NCBI GenBank assembly: GCA_023473405.1
Contig: JAMCZD010000408.1
Span: 1 to 35,082 of the forward strand
Length of the DNA stretch: 35,082 bases
Source: Candidatus Omnitrophota bacterium
GTDB lineage: Bacteria > Verrucomicrobiota > Verrucomicrobiia > Limisphaerales > UBA1319
Direction: 5' to 3'
A program made the position numbers and the translations under genes. Below, piece by piece: positions 28,901 to 34,500 of the stretch (positions are counted from its first letter, which is position 1; each line of letters begins with the position of its first letter). The notes beneath the pieces were generated by a model. The model had not been told where the DNA came from, searched no databases, and worked only from the letters and a program-made list of their open reading frames with translations.

Positions 28901-31592
28901 CCCGATAGAGCTTAACATGTCCATTGTCGGCAGTCCACAGGTGGTAAATCCGAACCTTACTATAACCTTGATTGGCGAAGGTATTGAACAGGTTATCGGT
29001 GGCGCCCTGGATGACGTTATTCGCGGCAACAGCAACAATAATACTCTGCGCGGCGGCCTTGGCAGTGACCTGCTCGATGGCAAGAGCGGCGACGACCTGC
29101 TCGATGGTGGTTACGGTAGTAATGACCTTATCGGCGGGCTTGGAGTGGACACCATCGATGAGCAGGGCGATACCAACTTTACCCTCACCGACACCAGCCT
29201 GAGCCGCGGGACCGGCCAGACTGAAACCTTGGATAGCATTGAGGTGGTAAACCTGACCGGCGGTCCTGGCTTGAATACCTTCAATCTCACCGGCTTTACC
29301 GGCACCGGCCAAATCAACGGTGGCGACAGTCCCACCCAACCTCGCGCCGATACCATCATTGCCGCTGCGAATGCGGATTTCCATTTGACCGATAGCGCCC
29401 TTGCCATCTCAATCAATTTCGCCCCCATTACCCTAACCGGCATCGATGTTGCCATTCTCTCGGCTGGTCCAGACGGGCATACACTCGATGCCGCCGGGTT
29501 CAGCGGCATCACGACGCTCAATGGCAGCCCAGCCAATGATGTGCTGATCGGCGGAAGCGGTCGCGACACCCTTAATGGCGGCCCCGGTGATGACATTTTG
29601 ACCGGCGGCCCCGGCAACGATTCTGTTGACGGTGGCACAGGCAACAATCAATTGGTCGAGACACGTGACGCTTTCATGTTCGTTCTCAAGAACAACAATT
29701 TTTTGACCGCTCTCACCTCCGCTCCCGGCAACGTGGAGTTTGATGTCTTGGCCAATATCCAAACGGCGGTTATCAATGGCGGCCCCGGCAATAACACCTT
29801 CGACGTGTCCGGTTGGACCGCTGGGAATCTGGCCGTCAATGGGGCCGGAGGCCTCGATACCGTTCAGGCCCAAGCCGCCACCAATGGAGATTCCATTACC
29901 CTCTCCGATGCTGCCATTTCATTCACCGGCGGCAGCGCCGCAATTTCTCTCGTCTCCATCGAGCGCGCCTTCCTTAATGGCAGCAGCGGAAACGATACCC
30001 TAGACGCCTCGGCATTCAGCGGCGACGCCTACCTCGCCGGCGGCGATGGCAATGACACCTTGATCCCCGGCTCGGGCCAATATTTGATCGATGGCGGCAT
30101 TGGCAACGATCGCGTCGTGTTCCGTCCATTCGGTTCTATACACACCGTCTATGTCAGCGGAAACGATGGTGTGGACACGTTGGACTTCTCTGCATTTGTC
30201 ACCCCTGTAACGGTTGACCTCTCCAGCACCGGGGCTCTTCAAACTGTCGCCCCTGGTCAACTCCAATTGTTCCTCCTCAGCGCCGACGTGGAAGCGATCA
30301 TTGGCAGCCCCGGCGCCGATACTCTTACCGGGAATTCACTCGATAACACCTTCAGCGGCGGGGGCGGCGCCGACACTATCGACGGCCAAAGCGGTGTTAA
30401 CACGATCATCGCTTCCGCCGACGCCGACTTCGTCCTGACCAATTCCTCCCTCACTATCGGCGGCGTGGTTAGTTCGCTAAACCATATCCAGGCTGCCCAA
30501 CTCACCGGCGGGCCCGGCGATAATTCGATCGATGCTTCCGCGTTTACCAGCTCGACAATCCTCGACGGCGGGGAGGGAAATGACACACTGGTCGGCGGCG
30601 CCGGAAACGATATTCTCATCGGCGGTTCTGGCAATGACACCCTGCGCGGCAACGCCGGCAATGATGTTTACCAATTCAACGCCGATCAACCGTCCGGCGA
30701 AGACATCATCTACGAGTCGCCTGGCGGCGCAAACGGCATCGATACCCTCGACTTCTCGGCCACTCAAAATGCTGGCGTAACAGTAGACTTGGCTTCCACC
30801 GGCCAACAGACCGTTCAATCCGCCAACCTTAAACTCACTCTCATCAACAGTGACAGCGTCGAAAATATCGTCGGCACGGATCAGACAGACCATCTCCTTG
30901 GTAACGCCCTCGATAACGGTTTCACCGGCGGACACGGAGGCGATGTCATCGATGGCCGGGCCGGCGCCAACCGCCTCAGCGAAATCCGTGATGCCGACTT
31001 CATTTTGACCGATACCTCGCTTGCCATTGCCGATGCCTCTGGAACCGAGACCAAAACTCTTGCCAACATCCAGAGGGTTATACTCGCCGGTGGCGCTGGC
31101 GATAACCTCATGAATGCGTCCGCCTTCACCGCCGGATCGGTCTTGCTCTACGGCATGGACGGAAACGACACCCTTTATGGAGGCTACGGTAATGACTTCC
31201 TCGTGGGCGGCAGTGGCAATGACAGCATTTATGGCGGCGCAGGCTCGGATATTCTCGCCGGTGAAGACGGCGACGACGTCTTGCAAGGGGCAGGTGCATT
31301 CAACCCGTCGCTCGGAACCGATGGCAACGATCAACTCTTCGGCGGCAAAGGCAACGATTCCTACCTGTTCGACTTGAGCTCAACTCTTACCCATCCGGGT
31401 ATACCCTTGGGAACCGATACGGTAACCGAAAATCTCGGCGAGGGCTACCAGGATACCTTGGTGGGAATCGGCCCCAGCGGGATCGCCGTAAACTTGTTCA
31501 GTGGCGCCCCGCAAAACTATTACGATTTGAACTCGGCCTTGATCCTGACCTTGGTCCTGGCCAATCCAGGTCAAGTCGAGTTCTCTTTTTAG
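13902..31592 (+). CDS. Giant (about 5,880-5,896 aa) secreted/surface repeat protein: LEPR-motif N-terminus, novel repeats, Calx-beta, SdrD-B-like and RTX domains
   Basis: A single uninterrupted frame of 17.7 kb. The in-frame stop TAG at 13893-13895 bounds the 5' end. There is no in-frame ATG before the LEPRVLLSA motif, so the start must be TTG 13902, TTG 13923/13926 or GTG 13956. The protein is very poor in Cys and rich in Asp/Gly/Thr/Asn. Sub-features below list the domain evidence. Confidence 0.9.
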   Translation: MINERVNLLLITGTNIEYVRTQPGNNKFDLEALEPRVLLSADGTAGLLAQNLPPGSSPSPSDATEVIIAEIATPEQDWAADDSKVASRVSDIFQGVIPEPMSAPAKETGQSEDRLEQEQPLEEEPGKPNPTDSPAENERGIFIGTSEARGRSTLEQLTETLRSANGPPAGNADVVQAGLDSGGTNDSGTSLETRRLVKLAGGAMGVEAAQTPVIVPGAQAAIDSGLNSLSQIGNYLDGAGVFAKDLPLVGISLGDLVQAGSTITNSIKSQISSLWASLPTESDVTDAIQSWNNTVVAGITITVNSVAGHYGATDSDPFWWDIDLDLSPAPVNQALQNISGALLDAAFSSAPSVQVESKLNLDFGFGYDSGFFLKLDHLTAEASVNVGGLSGFPFNLAPPGGPLSLTVSNGSVNLTASLSATPDDSILSPNALTGPRISAATLSTVAGSATNVADAFNFAKSGSLDALFALNGVLIGYAVNFSGTHTIHIHTDNLFEDTEPDLTMVVNGSIQALNQTITGTFTLKKTATETVLETANATLDLNLGAGGFQKRVLRAENGTGAFLLIGEDFAGTASLTITQGPDIPNLSLSHTEVNLAVNTSGDSIATIDGGTVNLPAGPYYRVSGHAAVSLTTPQANLTADAVFEPRDTDSNPANGNEEVVVGVANLAFNLGDGSETLLEVSNGSGAFVISPTGITGVAVAEAALSVPALDLTGAFTVLLNDTNASFAARVIEVNGAAVSIPALPSGPYLRVSATGAVAGQPAQLSVLGIMLSGDFVFERKTTNHGNQVVTVAAANVSFNLGSLTSNLINVTNGSGVFIVTADGMAGQGSVEVALGVPNLGLSGSFSIRLNNNANAIDETVDVSGSNQHIDLPAGPYLQVNGTGVTLTAFGIAMTGDYSFEQHQTAEGVQLITVQANNVSFDFGTSVIEANHGQALFLITDSGMAGQGSIDVGVQAFGAGFNQPFDWSFNNLTVPVDDSVNTGPAPAAFIPAPGSSVFSNGFALAGPSPPPGLESLSLPGGPFNRLSSHGPITISVNVAGQTEAITGALVVTLVHPESGSDYVTVGVSDLSMTLGAGAVTLGVSGGTGAFVIYPATPSKLAGEVTVASATLNGASAVSIDAKDLKLELNNTGADVGTLDSHGVLQPIVVSISDNSADNVSIKFEGDYYHDYLAAAGSANIVLTGFVTLGGNFAFELSDSDSNQLKAAVTDLHFDLKAGSLTIASFNNGSGAFLIGSGGLAGVASLQFESGIIGISGAISLEANTTSSPVNTSITTASGVTAIHLADTNYLRVGVQGYLHLGSAALPFNFNVSVNTGTGEVEFRQQGTNTLLVAISPTGEITTGLSFSDFAKPDAFGFVSMLRQLGDWIDSFRSASIFNIEIPFTGGKTLGDAFDWSQLFLDKLYSHVVSVELESSRIRATDPVTHAPLTVSGNLVNAQFQIQLNDETPILVTVNGAYADFNALLALLSSALPAALSARIEVRKNKDDQLVIALKDAEIAAGTSLNLVAADSQINDLGFGPGDNDPSTVDQVGILTARYSTEDFFAQLASVLLGPAVSYNAAQQVYTYNVNISDSYSQSVPFSFNQDFGPIASAQLDGKLTLTGTVGFNLTLGFDLSAREVPRLLSSSLVPVPANGQISDNAHFQIYINDDLSPLTLTLSKSDTNGNGSISDLATDLNNLFGTVTYTGLGSPIELDQLIIAQAAGTGLAISARDTQLGIVNHLAVVSPKNDPFATELGFGVQLSPDGQYFLTASNSTIKGLFIDHASLSGSLAITTDTSYNANGISGSLKFGFVEIQAQSGRFGTLDYEGNPAPLTASLSLENRTTGSTRLYLSDLMNGTSSNNIANMVNGPNLAGSFLAELDDITVGGLGFSFPIGSNPKIGVWIPDIKNLNYNAEPYDPATNNEGLFLAYPDIGYLQNFTSLSFTQIIQALQAISTSLSQLSAFSFLDDRLPLIDLSINDMIDYASKFAELIGSAANGGSQSLQDTITNLKTQVDHVLNLDPDVLTISLDTSASVALKFDLKYSATYANSLPFALDLKKLVAELGGTNAAVASLLQAATTLIQVQGSGNLTVSASAALTLDFGLDLSDPSTVRPFFYDTTGVVLTAKVLGTNINIQASLGAVAGIWIKNGSLTLDADGNPNTGPASGDKGATFRLGLRDNNGDGRHYFDEDWFNLDNIDLHLKGGATATLPIFAPFESSPLGGLDDTNHDGYPDNDLVVDIPDLVRLFTETQAVSGVAEVRIPGPNNDFSITRTSSDTDNFTVVFQQNAGVGNSATAGFSSNTLTVQINSGSTTAAAVQSAIQNLGQFTVAFLPNDPTGPNTGTGVVTVAKLILVAPDFSKLFDNLQLCDLIASETGPLLDGLDKLLGSIQDGLNAVVLNTRLPLIGDGLAGAANFIQDFRSGLLKELRDEVKAAGGNGLTAIENAIKKAFWNSLGPGGLDLLVNPNTHSAFDPAQGYSQLDVKLDCQKGLVVNLELKKEIALVDTSGNPIQFDIGVPGFGLAVDGNVNVSVGFDLKFGFGVSPEDGFYFNSSAPASDPELTLFFRVTIPSLHFSGQLLFLQLDVADNADAPSLFDGHFAVDLRDPNNDGKLTWAEMTSSGTKFSDILKAQLAADARVNLDLAASFGGNTAFPRVLAQFHLTWHFDIVNGAGSPQISFNNVELDLGTFISDFMGPVLKQIQKVTQPIQPIIDLVQARIPILSDLAGQTITLLDLAQFFGLLEPSTVDFISDVAQVITLINKLDGLGEGTILIPFGSFSLSPDSSGQMKTLSVLENLSSINLGQAISSASGPGVSSTYQSAAAGFAGDIGSLHNFSIPIFDHPSELFNLFIGKPVRLVEWRMPTFKFEFTYTQKIPIYPPLYAQFGGSIGAEINFGFGYDTFGIQEFISDPNKNPADLLDGFYILTQDASGKDLPALKLTGEIFAGASVDLVIVEVGVRGGVSATVQFLWNDNSDNDGKMRVNEIAANAQQDPRCIFNIDGELSLFLEAYLKINLFFFSIDKTWRFAEITLVSFDVHCPEPVLGEMSGSTLTLNAGSRASLREYVDTADNSETFVVRHVDGTAGNETVDVTWSNHKKTFTGVDKIVVLDAGQGDDVLDFRTVLSPVEANGGVGNDTIYLSDGANSLADGGPGNDTIIASSAATATGVVLQGGDGNDTITAGTVAITIHGNGDNDSITGSPEGDSLYGDNGDDTIVAGDGDDFVDGGDGNDTIEADAGSDFVFGGAGDDLIRGNRDDDVIDGGDGSDQVFGGAGNDLLIGGNGNDKIYAHGGTDLLIGDQVGTVNNLNITQANLGPIKTALAAIPSSGITAKGLTGSGNDFLVGGGGSDVIFGGDGDDFLYGGNLAANGDTEVIEEDGNDFIDGGRGNDTIFGDDSMGRTGDRDTGIAIKSSIWYDLNLNGKRDSDETGFGGVTVQLFTASNPPGIGSPIATEKTDVDGAFAFLGLDPNNYILVFSLPTGLDFTARTTTNVGQASDDNDADPNAGPTLGQTNIFNVTYDQTFTAVSAGYTGPAKVSITDSSVAEGNTGQAQLVFNVTLSGPQAAPVQVEYTIVDGTATASSGDYVPMNGTRTLQFDPGQTSKQISVLVNGDSMFEPDEQFQLQIVRSQRMDSGGPFNLTLSQPVILGTIINDDPVPTIAIQDYNPTPDETEGTPATFIVTLSNPSQYPVSVDWRTDSALTFQGLPATDAAVPSPLPNADFTPGNGTITFEPGVTNQVVTVATLDDALDEDTEKFWVDLFNPTYAGISDSRGFGIIRDNDGPVSVSIAPVTPIGGLFQTEVTEDHTSPVFVNLDVQLSAPSGKVVTVTFATSPGTAVEAVYSGSADLPDYVGIPNPDMPDASNQLVFEPGGPLSQTITVQVNPDNRVEGDRTFFVNLLSADNAIIAATPASEGNHVTVVIKDADTVANVDYGPWSVRFSDANYTVQEPVSGTATANITLVRTPGSSQAVVVFYTTDGTATGGLDYAPVFRQLVRFDSDELTKTIPITIYSDNIVEGDETVLLSLRNPTGGPVRAQPDTATLTIKDGNTPAIYIVPPVFSLIPNLSFGMWEGSSGANTAHNFYVYLKDPATNATSVAGPGGVTIHYQTVNLTAIAGQDYTAAQGSVTIPAGSSSASIPIQVFGDTIAELNETFAVRIATPVGATLEPKDSVAIATIFDDDLTPISGNIFYDNNGNGFKDLNEKGIKSVTVDVSYTSGVTPVTNTVPTDANGNYTTQVLLGQVSLKVHGDTVKSPYNGYILLGSGSYQTTTNNESQVIKFEGNIGLPAFGGVGYQINSTFSVVPDSNKDTGRGGTDDTIFGGPGNDTIDAGGGDDHVVGGHWMTATDNNVPINQGSYDAVVTATTTALHPVYDSGPIFSVDTSSLNTGGSIKGQVWLDANNNGQQDAGELFTGQDVVVTLFDCDGNPVNALVTNTGSYSFTGIYLQASSSEYVVQFDLPKGYTFVSPVPAPPSVNSDVVVGGRTSIVTLSTGSPSVTDLDAGIRLADVQPVPGPGKFEFGDSAFSVSESVKEGLITITVVRGDSFDPRPVVVRTEDGTAVQGINYTRVSILLYFGVGETVKTVDVPIIDTDSLGFCTDPLVFHLSLRDPTGRPLDQAEVYIGGDSFGANTDDDSIQGGDDWDILIGDSGNIPAPTVIDPNPPYNNLGAIVYSGGPGKDIVNGGNGPDFINGQLGNDTLAGNAGQDIVKADLGNDIVYAELDDDVIDGGYGFDTVISNRDVPIVELTTTSPTTATLVHKTSAGAPLSTFSLSSIEMAQLLGGPRDNTFNLTSWNGSAFIAGDGGNDTLLVTNDADMILDDATPIEGLFFYLLYGFFKDSALSLPNGSTYQLGSLENVSLTGGPGDNTLDASGYSRSVTFAGLRGDDTLIGGAGDDTFRFDADTPLGADTVIGNGGRDTLDFSSTTTDVTVNLGTTAPTSQTVNPDLSLKLVDPIENATGGAGNDTLTGNALDNVLIGGPGIDVLAGGPGSETYVFDTDTPQGNKTIIENIADPGFDTLDFSGTATFPIELNMSIVGSPQVVNPNLTITLIGEGIEQVIGGALDDVIRGNSNNNTLRGGLGSDLLDGKSGDDLLDGGYGSNDLIGGLGVDTIDEQGDTNFTLTDTSLSRGTGQTETLDSIEVVNLTGGPGLNTFNLTGFTGTGQINGGDSPTQPRADTIIAAANADFHLTDSALAISINFAPITLTGIDVAILSAGPDGHTLDAAGFSGITTLNGSPANDVLIGGSGRDTLNGGPGDDILTGGPGNDSVDGGTGNNQLVETRDAFMFVLKNNNFLTALTSAPGNVEFDVLANIQTAVINGGPGNNTFDVSGWTAGNLAVNGAGGLDTVQAQAATNGDSITLSDAAISFTGGSAAISLVSIERAFLNGSSGNDTLDASAFSGDAYLAGGDGNDTLIPGSGQYLIDGGIGNDRVVFRPFGSIHTVYVSGNDGVDTLDFSAFVTPVTVDLSSTGALQTVAPGQLQLFLLSADVEAIIGSPGADTLTGNSLDNTFSGGGGADTIDGQSGVNTIIASADADFVLTNSSLTIGGVVSSLNHIQAAQLTGGPGDNSIDASAFTSSTILDGGEGNDTLVGGAGNDILIGGSGNDTLRGNAGNDVYQFNADQPSGEDIIYESPGGANGIDTLDFSATQNAGVTVDLASTGQQTVQSANLKLTLINSDSVENIVGTDQTDHLLGNALDNGFTGGHGGDVIDGRAGANRLSEIRDADFILTDTSLAIADASGTETKTLANIQRVILAGGAGDNLMNASAFTAGSVLLYGMDGNDTLYGGYGNDFLVGGSGNDSIYGGAGSDILAGEDGDDVLQGAGAFNPSLGTDGNDQLFGGKGNDSYLFDLSSTLTHPGIPLGTDTVTENLGEGYQDTLVGIGPSGIAVNLFSGAPQNYYDLNSALILTLVLANPGQVEFSF
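13998..14024 (+). other. 'LEPRVLLSA' N-terminal motif (LEPR-XLL-type) of giant repeat proteins
   Basis: Read directly from the translation ('FDLEALEPRVLLSADG'). As far as I recall, this motif defines the N-terminus of very large repetitive proteins in PVC and related bacteria. Confidence 0.65.
15450..17800 (+). repeat. Six degenerate protein-level tandem repeats (about 118-153 aa each), family unassigned
   Basis: The recurring core 'N(G/H)(S/T/Q)GAF(L/V)I...G(M/I/L)AG...' starts near 15570, 15945, 16335, 16688, 17147 and 17572. It co-recurs with 'LPAGPY(L/Y)(R/Q)V' and 'GD(F/Y)xFE'. The DNA copies are diverged, with no identical repeats. Confidence 0.6.
23163..24051 (+). repeat. RTX (hemolysin-type calcium-binding, GGxGxD) repeat block 1
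   Basis: Runs such as 'GGDGNDTITAG', 'GDNGDDTIVAGDGDDFVDGGDGNDTIEADAGSDFVFGGAGDDLIRG' and 'GGAGNDLLIGGNGNDKIYA'. Confidence 0.85.
24052..24429 (+). other. SdrD B-like (SD-repeat B / CNA-B-like) domain 1
   Basis: 'IWYDLNLNGKRDSDETGFGGVTVQLF...TDVDGAFAFLGLDPNNYILVFSLPTGLDFT'. Confidence 0.65.
24430..26370 (+). repeat. Five tandem Calx-beta domains
   Basis: Each unit of about 115-140 aa shows the pattern 'V/I S I x D x x V x E G...', then 'V x Y x T x D G T A x x x x D Y', then 'F x x G x T x x x I x V', then a 'D D' end. Example: 'VSITDSSVAEGNTGQAQLVFNVTLSG...VEYTIVDGTATASSGDYVPMNGTRTLQFDPGQTSKQISVLVNGDSMFEPDEQF'. Confidence 0.8.
26371..26715 (+). other. SdrD B-like domain 2
   Basis: 'ISGNIFYDNNGNGFKDLNEKGIKSVTVDVSY...TDANGNYTTQVLLGQVSLKV'. 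Confidence 0.6.
26985..27335 (+). other. SdrD B-like domain 3
   Basis: 'IKGQVWLDANNNGQQDAGELFTGQDVVVTLFDCDGNPVNALVTNTGSYSFTGI...YVVQFDLPKGYTFVSP'. This is the closest of the three to the family pattern. A short RTX stretch 'GGTDDTIFGGPGNDTIDAGGGDDHVVGG' lies just upstream at about 26755-26860. Confidence 0.7.
27365..27690 (+). other. Calx-beta domain 6
   Basis: 'FEFGDSAFSVSESVKEGLITITVVRGDSFDPRPVVVRTEDGTAVQGINYTRVSILLYFGVGETVKTVDVPIIDTD'. Confidence 0.7.
27690..31380 (+). repeat. RTX repeat region 2 (about 1,200 aa) with an interspersed higher-order module
   Basis: Dozens of GGxGxD-type nonapeptides ('GGAGNDILIGGSGNDTLRGNAGNDVYQF', 'GGYGNDFLVGGSGNDSIYGGAGSDILAGEDGDDVLQG'). They alternate with 'ADFxLTDxSL...IExxxLxGGxGxNxxDxSxF' modules. 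A non-repeat tail of about 70 aa (31381-31589) ends in '...GQVEFSF'. Confidence 0.85.
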
Positions 31593-31599
31593 CCGAATT

Positions 31600-34500
31600 A
31601 TGAAACCGAAGCTTTTTCTATTCGCCTTCGCCTGGTTGACAACGGCGGCATTCACCGGAGGCCAGGCCGCTTCCTACTCGATTTCCCTCGCGCCCGGCTG
31701 GAACCTCATTGCCAATCAAGTCGACGGCGCCAATGGCAACGGCATTCGCATCATCATACCCGCCGCACCCCTGGGTTCACAACTGATGAAATACAACCTT
31801 GCTACCAAGAGTTTCGGCGCTATCGAGACTTACACCGCTGCCGCGGGTTGGTTGCCGGGAACTAACGTTCTGAATCCGGGTGAAGGAATCTACTTCTCCA
31901 ACAGCCTCTCGAGTACTTTCAACCTCACCATCAACGGCATCTCTCATACACCCGTTCTGCCGTTAAACATCGGACCCGGAACGGTTCTCGTTGCCCGTCA
32001 GACAAACGACGTCGCTACAATTGCCAATATCCTTGGCTATAACCCGCCCAATTTCACCATTGTCTATCGGTTCAACCCCGGCCATGGCTTCGATCCTGAC
32101 ACCCTGGCCTCGCCCAATTACACCATTTATACCTTGAAAGATGGTGCCTGGACTTCCCCGCCGGGCGCGCCCGTTGATATTCGCGTGGGCGAATCGGTCT
32201 GGGTTTCGACCAACGGTTCGCCCCCAACCATCGCTCTGCAGCCTCGAAGTCAATCGGTATGCCCGCGCGATAAGGTTGCGTTCACCATCCGCGCGACTGG
32301 CAGCGTGCCGCTCACGTATCAGTGGTTTCTGAATAATTCCGCCATTGCTGACGCTACCAATTCCAACTACGGCATCGCCACCGTCGAACCGCCTGACCTT
32401 GGCACTTATACCATCAAAGTCACCAATCCATTCGGTTCCACTGTCAGTTCCAATGCCACGTTGACTTTTGCCAATCCACCCGCTGCCGCCGGCCCGACCA
32501 ACACGGTGGCATACCCTGGTGACCCCGTCTCACTCACCACTGTGCCCTCTGGCGAAGGCCCTTTCTCGTTCGCGTGGTTCAAGAATGGCGTTCTATTGTC
32601 CGGACAAGTCACGAATGTGTTGGAGTTCCCTTCCGTCGGCCCATCGGATGCCGGGACTTATTGCGTTGTGGTTTATGGCTTTTGCGGCAGCGCAACCAAT
32701 TGTGCCACCCTGAAAGTGCTCCCCTCACCCTGCTGCGATAACAAATCCTGGATTACTTTTGATCAAGGCCGGATTCAGGCCCGCCGAGGGCACGCCATGG
32801 CCTATGACTCGGCGCGCAATCGCGTGGTGCTTTTCGGCGGTTACGGCCCCAAAACCCTCATGGGCGATACCTGGGAATGGGACGGTTCGACTTGGACCCA
32901 AGTGGCCACCGAAGGACCGAGCGCGCGCGCCTTCACCGCAATGGCCTATGATAGCCGGATACACCTGACCGTCCTCTTCGGCGGCAGTGACGCCAAAAGC
33001 CCACAGAATGACACGTGGACCTGGGACGGCACGCAATGGAAAAGACTCGAAGTCGTTGGGCCAAGCCTGCGTTCGGGCCACTCTATGGCTTATAATAGCG
33101 CTTTGGGTGTAACTGTCCTGTTCGGCGGACAATCACCTGATGGCGCTCCTTTGGGTGATACCTGGGTGTTTGACGGCAGCCGTTGGGCCCAGGTCAGCAC
33201 TGGCAGCACCAACCCCGAACCGCGCATGCGCTCCGCCATGGCCTATGGGAGTTCCCAAAACCAGACTATTCTCTTCGGCGGTTTTGGAAAGGATACCGTC
33301 CTTGGCGATACTTGGAATTGGGATGGCAAGCAATGGACTCGAGTTGCCAACAGCGGTCCTCCTGCCCGCGCCTTTCACGCCCTGGCTTACGATGACAACT
33401 GCGATCGCATCGTCCTTTTCGGTGGCGGCAAAACTTCGGCTTCGCCCATGGGCGATACCTGGGAATGGGATGGCAAGAACTGGGCCGAAAAAAAGGCCGA
33501 AGGCCCCAGCCCACGCACCGATCATGCCATGGCTTACGACAGTGCCACCGTTCAAACCATCCTGTTTGGCGGCATGCCCACGACCCAACTTCCGATGGCC
33601 GACACCTGGGCTTGGGGAATCAACCAGGGCCCGCTCCAAATTGTCTCCGTTTATGCTGTGTGCGAGGACAATCAAATCGTCATCACCTTCAGCTCGCCGG
33701 TTTCGTCCGCCTCAGCCACCAATCTCGCCAACTATCAACTTACCTGCGGCTCGACTCCAATTAGCATATCGCAAATCCTTCTTAACGAGGACGCGCGCAT
33801 CGTGACTCTAATTACCGATCTGCCTTTCCCGGTAACCTCGGGTTGCACCCTGTATGTGCATGGGGTTCGTGGTTTATGCGGCAACGTCATCAGGTCGGTC
33901 CAACAAGGACTCGAGTGTTCCCGCGAGCCTTGCGGTCTGGGCAGCGGCGGCACTGACTTCTGGCTGACTTTCCCCGGTAACTACGCCCCCGATCCAACCA
34001 ATCAACCCCAACTCAAATTGTTCATTGCCGGCGCCCCTGGAACCATTGGCGCCGTCGCCATGCCAGGCCTGGCCACTCCTTTCCTAGCCGGCTATGCCAT
34101 ACCCGCGGCCGGCGTAGCCACTGTCACTCTCCCCCGTGAAGCCGACCTGGCCAACGCCAACGAACTGATCGAGAAAAAGGGTATACACATAACCGCATCG
34201 CGCAGGGTCAATGTCTATGGCCATAACCATATCCGGTTTACCACCGATTCTTTCCTCGGCCTCTCGACTTCGGCGTTGGGCAAGGTCTACATGGTCCTGA
34301 CTTACCAAAACGTGTTCAATGCCGTGCCCGAGCTTAGCGGTTCCCAGTTCGCCATGGTTGCCACCCAGGATGGAACCACGGTCACCGTGGTGCCTTCGGC
34401 CAAAGTGGGAGCGCATCCCGCCGGTATCCCATTCACGGTTCCCCTCATGCGCGGTCAGACTTATCAATTGCGCAACACCCTTTCGGCCCCCGCCGACCTC

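Noticed and set aside
23163-31380. Periodic GGC-GGC-...-GAC DNA repeats that could superficially resemble a repeat array or CRISPR
   Set aside because: The periodicity is 27 nt with degenerate units and no unique spacers. It lies in-frame and encodes RTX GGxGxD nonapeptides, so it is not a CRISPR or non-coding array.
13964-31655. Dozens of - strand and off-frame + strand ORFs (60-313 aa) inside the giant gene
   Set aside because: All are nested in one 17.7-kb frame with coherent domain architecture. Their translations are low-complexity mirrors of the Gly/Asp/Thr-rich repeats.
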